DNA of 64,000 bases from Chiloscyllium plagiosum (taxonomy: Eukaryota), in the NCBI RefSeq assembly GCF_004010195.1, contig NC_057760.1, forward strand, positions 2,030,386 to 2,094,385. Reading direction: 5' to 3'. Below are positions 37,412-49,392 of the stretch, in pieces. Position numbers and translations under genes: made by a program. Below the pieces are notes generated by a model. The model had not been told where the DNA came from and made no database searches. It saw nothing but the letters and a program-made list of their open reading frames with translations. The first letter of the stretch is position 1; every line of letters begins with the position of its first letter.

Positions 37412-40406
37412 GGCAGTTGAATAGTGATGTCAGTTAAACACACATTTTACATAGGTCAATCGTGGGTGACCAGTACTGTCCAAATGGGGATGTTAGAGCA
37501 TTATGCATAACCCTCAGCAGACAGTATGCTGTACTGTCACTTGGAGGAGCAGCTGCAGGGATTCTAGTCAAGAAATCACCCAGTTGCCCAGTAAGAGCTG
37601 ATGTGTCTGAATTCAAGGTAACTCTTGGATTAGGAACACAGTATGCCATTTTAAGATGTGCCAGATTACCTCAGTTTTAATAGTGTATCTGTACATTAGG
37701 TGGGGAATGTGGGGGGAAAAAAAATCTACGTTGAGCCAAATGCACACAATAGCAAATTTATACAGATCTTCAGAAAACAGATTTCACCAGCCCCTTCCCA
37801 CTTGAGTAATGTGCAAGGTTCACTGCTTGCGGCAAAATGCTGAATCCTTATTCATCTCCAAAAAAAAATTAGACTTTTTTTTATTAAAGTAATTACAGGT
37901 CATTTCCAAAAGCATTTCAGTTGTCTCTCTAAAAGCAGGCAAAACTTTCACTCAGTTTGACTGTTTCTAACACAGATAGTGAAGACATCGTAATCTAAAT
38001 GCGTTGACTAGATGACATATTTACAGAGGTACGGTTTCATCTGAAAAACCACTGGATCTATAAAGTTATACCCTTCCCCTGCAGCCAAGTTACATTCACA
38101 TGTAATAACAGCGTTATGGAGAAGAGATGTGACAGATCAGTTCAGTTGTACAACTTAGCTCCAGTAGCCTTAACTTGAAAGGAATCTTCACAGCTTAAAC
38201 TTGACACTGCATCCAAATTTTACATCTATAGTGTAGTTAATAAAAATTGCTAAATGCTTACAAACTCTTCAGAAAAATAAATGGAGAACTTGATCTTCAC
38301 TTTTTAATTCAGGAAACAAAAAAAGTTTTTTTTTTTCCGTTGTTGCTACATACAACATTGTACATTTCATCTGAGTGTAAAGATAGAACGTGTTTGTTTG
38401 TTTGTGTGTGTGTGTCGATTTTTTCTTCCCCCCCCAAAAAAACTCAGTTACTAATACAGCCATTCAAAGTGCTCAGAATCAGCACGAACTAGACTGTATG
38501 GGACTAAGTCCGGTTACACTGGATCCACCTCAATTTTCATTTTAATTCTTCAAACGTCACCTTCAATAAAGCAAAGACGAGTTCTGAAACAGACTGGACA
38601 CGAGTTTTTACAAAGCTGTTCCAGTCACTGCTTGATGTTGGCTCTCTACATCTGCATCACCAACACCACCCAACCACCCCCCCCCCCCCACCCACCCATC
38701 TCTCCCCCACGTCTCTTTATAAGTCATATAAAGAGGAACAAATGTTATTCAGCCAGGTACTTCACCAGGCCAAGCATGTTACATTTAACAAAACAGTGAC
38801 TGGGACAGAACAAGCCACAGAAAAAGGCTACCAGCAGCACGTTAGGCAGTTTTAGCAGCCGATCAGCAAGCATGGGGTAGGAAAATTCAAAATACTTTTG
38901 AACAAGCTGCAGAGAATTAGGTTTTACTCTGCCTATCGCATCGCTGACTGATCGGTCTACTATAAAGAGCTTGTAAAATGACAGAGGAAGGTTTATTCCA
39001 AAGATTCACCATTTTTCTTTTGTAGATAAATGCATTTGTTTCTTTGTTAACTGCACTGCCATTAGAAACACTACACATCTTAACAGCTTAAAACTGTGCC
39101 CGTTGCACAGTCCACAGGCTCCAGTCCTGCCCGTTAAGGTTTTTAAAAAAAAAAAAATCTTCTTGTTTCCGATTGTTTGGAGTCTCGGGAGGTTCTCAGC
39201 CAGATTATTAGATGGAGCATCTTCCACCATTCCCACATCTGGGATGGACAACCAGGGGCAGTGTGCTTCAGATTCCAACACCAGCATTGGTTGCCCTCTC
39301 CTTGGCACCTTATCAGCAGCACTGGCATTGCCAAGGGGAAGACGCTCCATCCTAGTGGCTGACGGTGCTGCTCTGGAGAAAAAGACAGGTTAGTGGGAGA
39401 AACAGGGGCATGCTATACATTTCAAAACAAGGAGGGGGGATTTTGGGGGGGGGGGGGGGGGGGTTAAAAAGGAGAAACGCCCACCCTCAATGCACTGCAC
39501 AATCCACACACAGGCTGATGTGAACCCTTTGCCAAGGAGCTGAATTGACACACACTTGTTATTTACGGGGGTGCGGAGGTGGGGGGGGGGGGGGGGGGGG
39601 GGGGAGAAAGCCCGAGCTGTTGGCACAGAATCCTCTCCAGTGAGTAGGAAATGGATTGTACAGTTAACACCCACCCCGCCCAATCAACACTTTCCTCTTG
39701 AAAAGTGTCTGGTGCAGGAAACACACAACCCTCTACAAAATAGTGTTCATCGCGTTGACTCAGAAACAATGCGGTGTCAGCTTTGAAAATTCTAGCCCTG
39801 AAATTTGACTATGGGTGGAGGGGAGCGGTGTGTTTCACTTGCAAATGCTTTCAATGACAACAGAAACATTTGCAATTAACCACATTTTTCCCTCCACAAA
39901 CTAGTACACGTAGTAAAACTGTAACTTTTTTTTAAAAAAAAAACAAACACAAAATAGCAAAGGTTTCGGACAGAGGCTACAGTATCTTAAGACGGTATTC
40001 TTGATGAACTTTGCAGCAATACAAAAGTTTTACTTTATGTAAAAGTAAATGGTTCTCTAGCTCCATGTAGGATTCCTACACATCATGGAAGTTTCCAAGC
40101 TCCTCTGATGAAAACTTGCTGTGCAGTAGTTTGTAATGATACTGTACGGAAACATTTAACCTTACATACACCTCTGACCTAGCACAGCAGGTCAGCTTCG
40201 GGAAGGACAGAGTGGGAGAACAGGAAGTGAGTCAGGAGGGCAAACAGACAAGGACACCAAAAGACAAGTCAATGACTGACAATGCGCCACGCCAAACCCT
40301 TGCCACTACAGCCACAACAGCTGCTCGGAGAGCAAGGGTTAGAGATGAGTTTTCACGTAGTCTCCAACACAGAAACATTCCCACTCGTCTGCAACATCTT
40401 GCTTTC

Positions 40407-43255
40407 TCAGTACCGAGGAGGCATGTAGGGTCGTTTCGGAGCCGTGGAGAAAGGGGGGCTCCCGAATGGCAAACCGGGCCGCTTTCCACTTTGAAAAGAT
40501 TCTCGAGGCCTGAAAGAGCCCCTGAAGTCTCTCTGGAAGAATCTACCAGGGTTACTGTACTCTCGCTGGGGTGTAAAGGATTGGCTATAGTAATCCCTTG
40601 GCGACCTCTGCACTGGAGGCCTGCCGGTTAAGCCAAGGAAGTCTCTTGGAGGGCACGGTAGTAAGCCTAGGAGTTCTCTTGGGGGCCCGGCTAGTGGGCC
40701 AAGGAGGTCTCTAGGAGATCCAGGCAATGGACCAAGAACGTCCTGAGGAGGGGGGACTGGGGGTGGGACAAGTGCCAGGGGCGGGGGGCCAAGATGATCC
40801 CGTGGAGGGGGGCCAGGAGGTAAGCCAGGACCAAAGTGATCAGGGGGAGGAGCAGACGGCGGCCCGATGTGGTCAACAGAAGTGCCTGGGGCTGGCCCAG
40901 CGTGGTCCCGCGGAGGCCCGATCTTCTCATGGGTAGTACCAGGTGGTGGCCCACCGTGATCCTGAGGGGGACCCGAGAAGGAAGCGTGCTCTCTCAGGGA
41001 ACCCGACGAGACAGCCCCGTGCTCCTGGGTGGGGCCAGGAGGCCCGAGGTGGTCATGGGAGACAGGAGGAGGAGGAGGAGGAGGACCCGGGGGCAGACTC
41101 AGGTGATCCCGCGGGGGCACTGGAGGCAGCCCGATATCTCGCAAGGGCACAGGAGGGGGCGGGGGTCCGATGTGATCTTGCGGGGTGCACGGGGCAAGTA
41201 CGTGATCTGGCGGCGGACCAGGGGGGTGCCCGACGTGGTCACGGTTCGGAACGGGGGGAGGCCCGATCCGATCGTGCAGCGAGCCGGGCGGCAGTCCCAT
41301 TTGCTGGGTCTGCCTCTCAAAGGGGGAGCTAAAGCTGTTGGACCTAAAGCTGCTTGAAGTATCAGGGAACTGGAGTCGGTGCTCTTCAAACTGGCTTCTA
41401 AAACTGGGAGGAATACCTTGAGTCATCTCAGAAACGTCAAGAGAGGATGACTCATCTTCAAAGTCTGAAATGTTTTCGCTCTGTTCAAACCAACTGCTCC
41501 TAGAGCCCCCTCTCCCATGACTCAGATTACCTCTGCCTGACCCTCGGCTAGAGTCCAGAGTCTGAATAGGCTCTCCAAACATCAGCCTCCCTGCTGACGG
41601 GGTACTGGAACCTAGTGTTTCAATGGGGGCTCCTTTCTCCTCTATGCTTTTGGATAATTCAGACGTGGATATGTGAGTCTCTATACAATGCTGCTCGTCC
41701 TCCCCAGTCTCTGCAATCCCAGTCTGTCCAAAGATTGACAAGCTCCCTTTTTCGCTCACGCCTCCTGTCGGAGCTGGACTAATGGGGCTCTCTAAAGGCT
41801 TCTCATCAGTAGGCCTGCGGGAGGCATTTTTGAGCATGTTTTTAAACTCTATGGTGGAAGTGGCAGAGACAGGGGAGCCTAGCGGCCCAGCTTTCTCAAT
41901 GCTTGTGACCGGCATGCGGCTATAAGAACCGGCACTTTGTGTGGAAGACGACTGGCGGGAAGTGAGCGAGTCGGCGAACACTTTCGGAAGTGATCCCGCG
42001 CGAGACATATCTGAGAAAGAGGGCTGCAAGATGATGTTGTTAGACTCTGAGGGGAAGAACGGATTGTTCCGGCTGGGTGAAGACAGGCTCTCGTGCTCAA
42101 CCCCCTGATCATCATCTCCGTACCCCCCCCTGCTATTTGACCTGCTGCCATAAGCCTCCTGCTTCTTAAGAATGGACTTCATAGGCTTGGAGAACACAGA
42201 CTTGAGGCGACTGTAACTGGTGGAAACAGACTGGTATTCATTGGGACTCTGATCAGATTTATTTGACTTGAGAATGGATTTCGGGAGCTGCTTCGCCAAG
42301 CTGGAGACTGAAGGAGGTGGACCTGCGTAATCAAAATCAGTGCAGGATTCACCCGAGTAAAACTGTTCAGGAGGGGAATCCCTGTGGGGAGACGACTGCT
42401 CCCACATTTCGGAGGGCTTGAAAGAAGGAGGGAACGGGCTCCTGCCACGGCCGTACGAAGAGCTGCTTTGGTAAGAAGGCACAGTGTTGGAAATCTCTGA
42501 GTAAGCGGAATCTCTGTTTTGCGGGAGGGAAAGTGGGGGAGAGATAGTGCTGCTGGTTGAAGAGGAGGGCGGGCTGATTAACTTCGACAGCAAGGACATT
42601 GGATCAATCGGGCCCGGGGTGGCTGGCTTGTCCATTATTTCATCTTGGGTGGGGGTCCCACCTCGCTCGTCTCGGACGGGCGTGCCGTCCTGGTTGTCCA
42701 GCATGGCGCTGCCAGGGTTACGACTCGCGTCTGACGGCGGCAGCAGACTCTTCGAATCACCAGAGCCCAGGTTGCTCAGCAGCGGGATATTGAGATCCAA
42801 AGCCTTAAAGCCTGGGTTGACCTTCAAGAAGTTGTGAATCTTCATCTCCAAACTCGACGGCGAGGGCGGCTCGGCCTCGGTTTCCTCTGCCACCGCCTCC
42901 GCCGATGACTTCTGGCTGGTCAAGCCTCCCCTTGATCCAGAAGTGGTACTGCGGAGAGAGCTGTCAAGCACTGTAGTGTTGGCGGGGGCCTTCAGGTTTG
43001 CACTGGATAGAGCGGGGCTGTGGTTTACAGGGGCTGAGTTCACAGATGAGCCAGAGGAAACTTCAGACGCAGGCGAATTTGGAGAGCAGCCGATAAGCCC
43101 CTGGATCATAGACTGAGTACTGGCATTAATAATGGGAACACCTTTATCTATCGGACTGGTGACATTGGTCACTGCCGGGGTAGAAATATTTGAACTTGCA
43201 CTGCTGGATGGAACAGAAGTGTTTCCTGTCACACTCTGAAGCAATGACGAGAGAC
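40407..43255 (-). CDS. RPRD2: RPRD2 large terminal coding exon (Ser/Pro-rich tail, GLSSLLQSVTGN...KRPYMPPRY*)
   Basis: actag acceptor; about 949 codons open; conserved blocks SLEMKIHNFLK, DGTPVRDER.GTPTQDE, STIEFKNMLKNASR, EEKGAPIETLG, SFRSNSF and C-terminal PPRY; stop TGA at 40409-40407. Confidence 0.97.
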
Positions 43256-45005
43256 CTAGTATCAGGAGAAAGGGGAGAAAGAAAAAGGATATTTCAGTAC
43301 ATTACTTTGTACAACCATAGACTAACTTCAAACTTTTCATCCAACACAATTGGTTATAAAGTTCTGGTTAAAAAACATATACTTTGACTGTCCTTTGTTA
43401 ATTACGGTACTCCCCTTAACATGCGCTTACACTATACCTTCACTTCAGTAAAAGCACTCTGCTGTTCTCCATAAGAGATGGGAGGACTAGATTCTAATGA
43501 GAAGTTGAGTAGGCAGTTGAAAGCTTTGAGAGGTCCTGAAGGTGGGAAGGAGGTGGTCAGAAGATTTTAGAAACCTTGATAAACTGTGCAGTTGGTTGAA
43601 AGCTTTACGCACAGTGGAGTCAAAAGAACAAGGAGTGCATTAACACACCGGGTTTTAATAAGGCATCAGAGGTGCTTCACAGGAGCAGATTTAACCAAAA
43701 AAAAAGCAAACAAAACCATCAAAGGGTGCCTGAAGGACTCAAAATGTTAACTGTTGCTCACAGATGCTGCCAGGCCTGTTGTATTTCTCCAGCAATTTCT
43801 GTTTGTTTCAGATCTCGTGGTTCTTTGTTTTATTTAAGTCAAAGTGGATTGTACATCTTGGTGAAAAGAGGTAGGTTTTAAGGAGTGCCTTAGATCAGGA
43901 GAGAGAGAGAGAGAGATGTTGCAGGCAGAGGAATTTTAGGACGAAATTCCACAGCTGGAGAGCCAGGCTAGCTGACAGTTGGACAAGGGGAGTCCGGAGA
44001 TGCAGAGGAGTGCAGAGCTCTTTGAGGTGGTTTGGGGGGGGGGGGCTGTACACTTGGTAGAGGTAGCTAAGACAGGGAATGGCAGAGTCATGCAGCAATT
44101 TCACTACAGGAATGTAAAATTGGAGGCACTGCTGGCGTGGAAGTCATTCTACATCAGCAAGGGTGACAGACCAACGCAACGTGACGCAAGTCACAGAAAA
44201 GCTCAGGCTCACAGAAGGTGGGGAGAACATCGGGGTTGTCAGAAGCCCGTAAGGTAACAGAAAGCATGACACAGGAGATTTTACACCTGAGCAAGTGCAA
44301 AGCTTTCACGGGGTTTGAAGGCGAGTGCAGGCGTGCAAATGTGCTGCAGGCTCCAACTAGCAACTCTAAATGCTGAAGGAGCTCACTCGCACCAAGGGAG
44401 CCGATATTCTGCTTATTGTTAGCTGGGTTTGAGGAGGAGGACTCTTAGGCAACATTGCACGGATAGTTAACAACAGGCAGCATCCACTGGCTGGAAGGAC
44501 AACTAAAGCAGGTCCAAACAGCATGGACCTACACTCAGACATGCTAACCTCGACACTTTTGACAAGAAAACCAAGCTGAAAGCCACATTTCGACAGAGGA
44601 GTTTGAAGGTCACAATGCTGAAAACTCAATTCCGCAATTTCTCTTTCATTAAATTGGGAAGTGCTAAGGCCCATAGCTCAGGGGCCCCCCTGCACTTCGA
44701 AAGAATTAGACTGCAGCAAAATAATGAAGTTAACCACCAAGGTGACAACAAAGATGATGCTAAAAACCTGTGGACTGTTGATAAGCGTTAGGAATTAAGA
44801 TTAAGGCCCCAGAAAAGCAGTTAAAAGTGCAAAAAGATGCAATGAGCAATTGGGCTGGAATTCCAAGCTTTGGAAAACTCATCTCCAGCTGGCCTGGATT
44901 CCAAGTGACTGATGTGAAAGACTCGGGTGCTGAGTACAGACCATCAGGTGGAGGAGGAGAATCAGGGTCTGCTCAGGTGGAATTTTGTACAGTTCCCTAG
45001 TTTAC

Positions 45006-45221
45006 CTTGCAGAGCTGGAGCAGAGGGCCCCTGTGTCTTGCTGAGTGCTGACAGGATGCTCTCTGGAGTTAATTCAACTTTTGACAGGATGCTCGCCAGA
45101 GGATTGGGAGTGACTGGAGAAGGCTTCTGCGTGGGGGCCTTGAGGCCACTATTCAGTTGCCCGCCAGCAGGAGCCGCTGACGTTACCGCAAGCACAGGCG
45201 CTTGACCAACTGCTGGGCTGA
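45006..45221 (-). CDS. RPRD2: RPRD2 coding exon (216 nt; VSPAVGQ...NPLASILSKVELTPESILSALSKTQGPSAPALQ)
   Basis: tctccag acceptor, gtaaac donor; matches 'NPLANILSKVEITPESILSALSKTQTQSAPALQ'; phase 1 to 1. Confidence 0.93.
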
Positions 45222-45399
45222 CTGGAGACAGAGGGGAGAGAAAAGTAAAATCTGACAAGGTCACCGATAGCCAAGCTGAGCAATCTGACGCAGCAGCAAA
45301 GAAATTCAAACACAACCTTTGCTTCTCTCCAATTTGAAAGACCCAAGAGTTGGAAATAAAACATCCAGTTTGTGTCATCTTGAATGAAGCATATAGGCT

Positions 45400-45950
45400 A
45401 ATAGGCATGGACAGCACAGGAGATCAACTTGGCCCATCGTGTCTGTGCCGGACAATAAAGGCCAGTTCTAGACACTCAGCCCTGGAGGCTACAGCAATGC
45501 AAGTAAATATCTAAATATTGCTGAAATGTTACGAGTGTTTCTGATTCAACTACCCTTTCAATTCCAACTAGTAGCGAGTTCTAGATACCCACCACCCAAA
45601 CCGTGAAATAAACTGCCCTCAACTTTCCTCCTAACTTTCTAACTCTTCTTAAACCATCTGGTGACTGAGCCCTCTACTAATGGGAAAAAGGGCCTCTCTG
45701 TCCACTATGCCCACCCCTCAGCATCTTATACACCTCTGTCCATTTCCCTCTCCACCCCCATTTCCCTGTCCACCCCTGCTGCTCCAGGGAATAAAATCCC
45801 AGCCTTTGCAATTTTTCCTCATAGCTTAGACCCTCCAGCCCAGTTGGCATTTTGGGTGAATCTCCTCTGCACTCCCTTTAGTACAGTTACATTATGCCAG
45901 AACTGCTCGCAATACCCCAAATGTGGCCTCAACAACACTTAACATAGCTC
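45400..45950 (-). mobile_element. Old CR1 3' fragment
   Basis: Reverse-complement CR1 signatures ('gccagaactgctcgcaataccccaaatgtggcct'). Confidence 0.6.
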
Positions 45951-46663
45951 TAAAGCTAGGCCACGTATGGGTCTAAACCCTCAGGATTCCTAATATACAA
46001 CTGCCCAGGATGTTTAAGCAGGGAGAAGCACACTCCTAGCTGCTAAGACACCGTTAGGGAGGGAAATCCAGGATTTTGACCCAGCAACAGCAAGGAGACA
46101 GCGATATGCTTCCAAGTCAGGGTGGTGTATGGGTACATGCATACACACAGAACAGAAGCCTTTGCCTGCAAACACTGTGATGTTTGCTCTACATTCAACA
46201 TGAAGAATTAGCATGCTGATTATTCCACAATCTCCAGGGAGCGACTTGCTGCAAGACTTAGGCTACACCAACACAGACAACAGAAAGCAAAGACATGGGT
46301 GCTGAATTATACCCAATAAGAAAAAAAAGAGAAAACATCTCAAAAACAAGAACATGCGAGCAGCCACATTATTCAGCACTCTCTTGACGTGGCTCAACCC
46401 ATCTCCAAAGCAGAGTAAAACTCCCTCTACTTTGCCCCAGTAACGTGACACTGATGCTACTTCAGGATAGAGCACGATGTGACAGTTTCCCCGATCAACT
46501 TGCACTCCCCCAGAGACTGAGGGTCAGTGCTAAATCAGAGTATCTGTTTCTCTTAGAGTGGCAAAAATCTTATTTCGTGGATTACATTTCACTTAATGCG
46601 CACAAATAACCAATGAATTTCTCCTCCCTGACTCCAGACAAAGTAAAAAGATCAGAACAGAAT

Positions 46664-46835
46664 TTTGTCGATGCTCCCATCTTGCACTCATCAGGACATT
46701 TCACACAAGAACAGAATTCCAAAAACCAACATCTATACTCCAATAGAGGATACTGCTGATGGGCTGATTTCCTCCTTGAATTGGCATTCTTGCAAAATGT
46801 CCTGATGAGTACCAAGACAGGAAGCTTTGCCAAGT
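46664..46835. mobile_element. Inverted pair of decayed hammerhead-bearing repeats (family C)
   Basis: Minus tgtcCTGATGAgtgcaagat...atcgaca (core 46694-46688) and plus tgtcCTGATGAgtaccaagac (core 46802-46808); third copy at 28574-28625. Confidence 0.55.
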
Positions 46836-47415
46836 ACTACTTACATTTGGTAGTGGCAAAGACTTGTGTTCATTTAGCATCATATCATAACTCTACAAAA
46901 AAGCCTCTCCAAACTGCTTCACATTCGAGAAGAGTTGCCAATTTTCACAAAACATGCCCCCCCCCCCCGCCTCCCCTCAAATAATTAAAATGGATCAACT
47001 GGTCGTGCATCTTAAATTGTGTAGCCAAGGTTGGATTATTCCAACTGGGAGACGCCGTGGGATCCTTGACAAGGCTGGTGATTCCCAGACGGGGCAGGGG
47101 GACATTTCACATCTCGCCCGAAGCGCGTTTTAACCACGGCAGTAGTCACTCGCGCCTGCACTGGTGAACCAGCTTGGAACACGCGGTCAAAGTCCTGGAA
47201 CTGTGCTGAAGGGCAACAAACATCGAGCACAGGCAAGCCGCTCAGTCAAGCTGTCAGGCATGAGCAGCCTTCTGTTCGGTTAAATTAGTCACTCCTACTT
47301 GAGTGGGAAGATGATAAAAAGAACCCAACTAGCCCACCCAACCCTGGAAAAGAAAAATAACTTGTGGAGTGTTTTGTATGTGAATTGGCTACAGGCAATT
47401 TCCTGCATTGCTCAC

Positions 47416-47631
47416 CTGTGTTCTTCATGACGGTGGTCAGGCTGCTGAGGATGGAGCTGATCTTGCCCAAATCGATGTTGGCCAGGTTTGGCAGGGCCAG
47501 GGGCGGCGTTACCGTGCTGCTCTTTGCCTGCGGGGTCTCTACCGGGGTCAACACCTTCTCTGGTTGGGGACTCGCGCTCACTGCCGCTGCTGTGCTTGGA
47601 CTGGATTCCTCTTTTCTCTCCTCACTCTCTA
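47416..47631 (-). CDS. RPRD2: RPRD2 coding exon (216 nt; VESEERKEES...PLALPNLANIDLGKISSILSSLTTVMKNT)
   Basis: Tandem tag-cag-tag acceptors (start uncertain by 3 nt either way), gtgagc donor; matches 'LALPNLANVDLAKISSILSSLTSVMKNT'; phase 1 to 1. Confidence 0.92.
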
Positions 47632-48469
47632 CTGCTAAAGAGCAACGATTGACGGGGAGGGTGGGGGAGAGGCGAAGAGAGGGGGAGAGAGAGAGATAGG
47701 GAAGAGGGAAAGAGAAACAAGTTAGAATTATGTTTTCCCCAATGGTGCACTTACCTACAATATTCCTCCCATCCCACTGAATTTCATGTTTCTCAAATGC
47801 CCAGACCGCTAAAAATTAAAATGTCATGTGACTGCACAAGTGGATCCAATTCCATTCCAGCCAATCAAAAATGTATCCAATTTCGACGAGAAGCAATGAA
47901 TATGAACCCTCTCAAAGGTTGCCTTATTGGTCTCAGTGGGCACTGAAGCCAAAAGGAACACCCTAACTGACCCATCAGCTCAGATAATGGAACAGCCCAC
48001 ATGCTCAGTGACATTGTCTGCATTCAGGAGACCTCTAGCTTGACTCCAGACAGTGACAAAGCAAACATACAAGAACTTATGTATCCCACTGCTATTCCAG
48101 AGTGCCCATTTCACCCAAACCGCTCTTCCTGGGACGTACAGCTAACCAGTGATGATAAAGTTGGGCCTGTGTCATCTCCCACCATCAGGACGGTTTGGTG
48201 TCTCTGCCAAAGGAGACTCATTCAGGTCAAGGTATTCGAGGGCTGCATGAACTGGGGAAGAGAAACCCAGATCTAAAGACAAGACAGAGTAAGAAATAAG
48301 CCTGGCACAACAGAACTAATGCTACCAGTCAGAGTTGAGAGCAAAGGGAACGTTTTCATCTACAAAACAAAAGCTTAGATTTAAATGTTAAGGACTGAAA
48401 AAAATAATTTAAATGTAATAAAATAATCCTGAAAAATGACTAAAAATACTTGCGAACGGATCACAAAAG

Positions 48470-48772
48470 GGGAGGTAATGGGCCTAGTGGTCTTGCTGCT
48501 AGATTAGTAACTCAGGAAGGGCAGGTTAATGTGCTGGGATCGTGGGTTTGAATCCCACCAGTGAAACCTGAACGTAATAAAAACCTGGACTACAAAGCCA
48601 GGCTAATATAACCACCGTAGATTAGTGGTTTTACAACAATGTCCTTTATTGAAGGAAATCCTTACCTGGTCTGGTCTACATGTGACTCCAGACCCACAAT
48701 GTGACTGAATTCTAACAGCCCACTGGCGATACATGCTGGCCAAGCCAGGGATACCAATACCCCATGAGTGAA
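48470..48772 (+). mobile_element. DeuSINE (SacSINE1-like)
   Basis: Head 'gggtttgaatcccacc' and Deu-like 'ccttacctggtctggtctacatgtgactccagaccc'. Confidence 0.65.
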
Positions 48773-49015
48773 TTAAAGCAAAAAGCAGCGATGATGGCTA
48801 ATAAAAGCAGGTGAAAATACTGACAAAGCACTGAGATTTATTTAGAGGGATATGGCACTTAATTGTAGTTCTCAAACTTGCACAGGACCCTGGTCAGACA
48901 GCCCTTTGATAAGTGTGCACAGTTCCAATTCCCACGCTTCAAGAGGGACACAGCAGCACTGGAGTAAGTGCAATGAAGATGGTTTACAAGGATGGCACCA
49001 GATTGAAGGTATTCA

Positions 49016-49392
49016 GGGTGGCACATTGGCAGGTCTGTCTCACAGCGCTAGGAACTCTGCTTCCATTCCAGCCTTGGATGAGTGTTTGCATATTCTCCAG
49101 CTTTCCCCCATGTGCTCCAGTTTCCTCCCACAGTCCAAAGGTGTGCAGGTTGGGTGGATTGGCCATGCTAAATTGCCCGTAGTGTTCAGGGATGTGCAGG
49201 CTAGGTGGACTAGCCATGGGAAGTGGTCTGTAGTGACTTGGAATGTGCCGGCTTGGTGGGGCTAGCCATAGGCAATATAGGGTTTATGGGGAGAGGGTGG
49301 GAGGGGCGGGGGCAGGGTCTGGGTGGGATGCTCTTCAGAGGTTGGTGCGGATTCGGTGGGCCTAACAACCTCTTTCCGCACTGATTCTACTG
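49016..49392 (+). mobile_element. Diverged HE1-type V-SINE
   Basis: Central 'tttcctcccacagtccaaaggtgtgcagg...ggccatgctaaattgccc' block shared with the other copies. Confidence 0.8.

Larger units (their letters stand above)
29500..40406 (-). other. RPRD2: Putative long RPRD2 3' UTR with several candidate poly(A) signals
   Basis: Repeat-poor and U-rich on the minus strand; minus-strand AATAAA at 38992-38997, 37880-37885, 34815-34820, about 32757-32762 and 29524-29529, the last followed by a GU-rich tract; true end unknown. Confidence 0.45.

Noticed and set aside
40691..41389. Several overlapping and antisense ORFs within the RPRD2 terminal exon
   Set aside because: Expected stop-poor shadow frames of a GC-rich Pro/Gly coding region; no independent evidence
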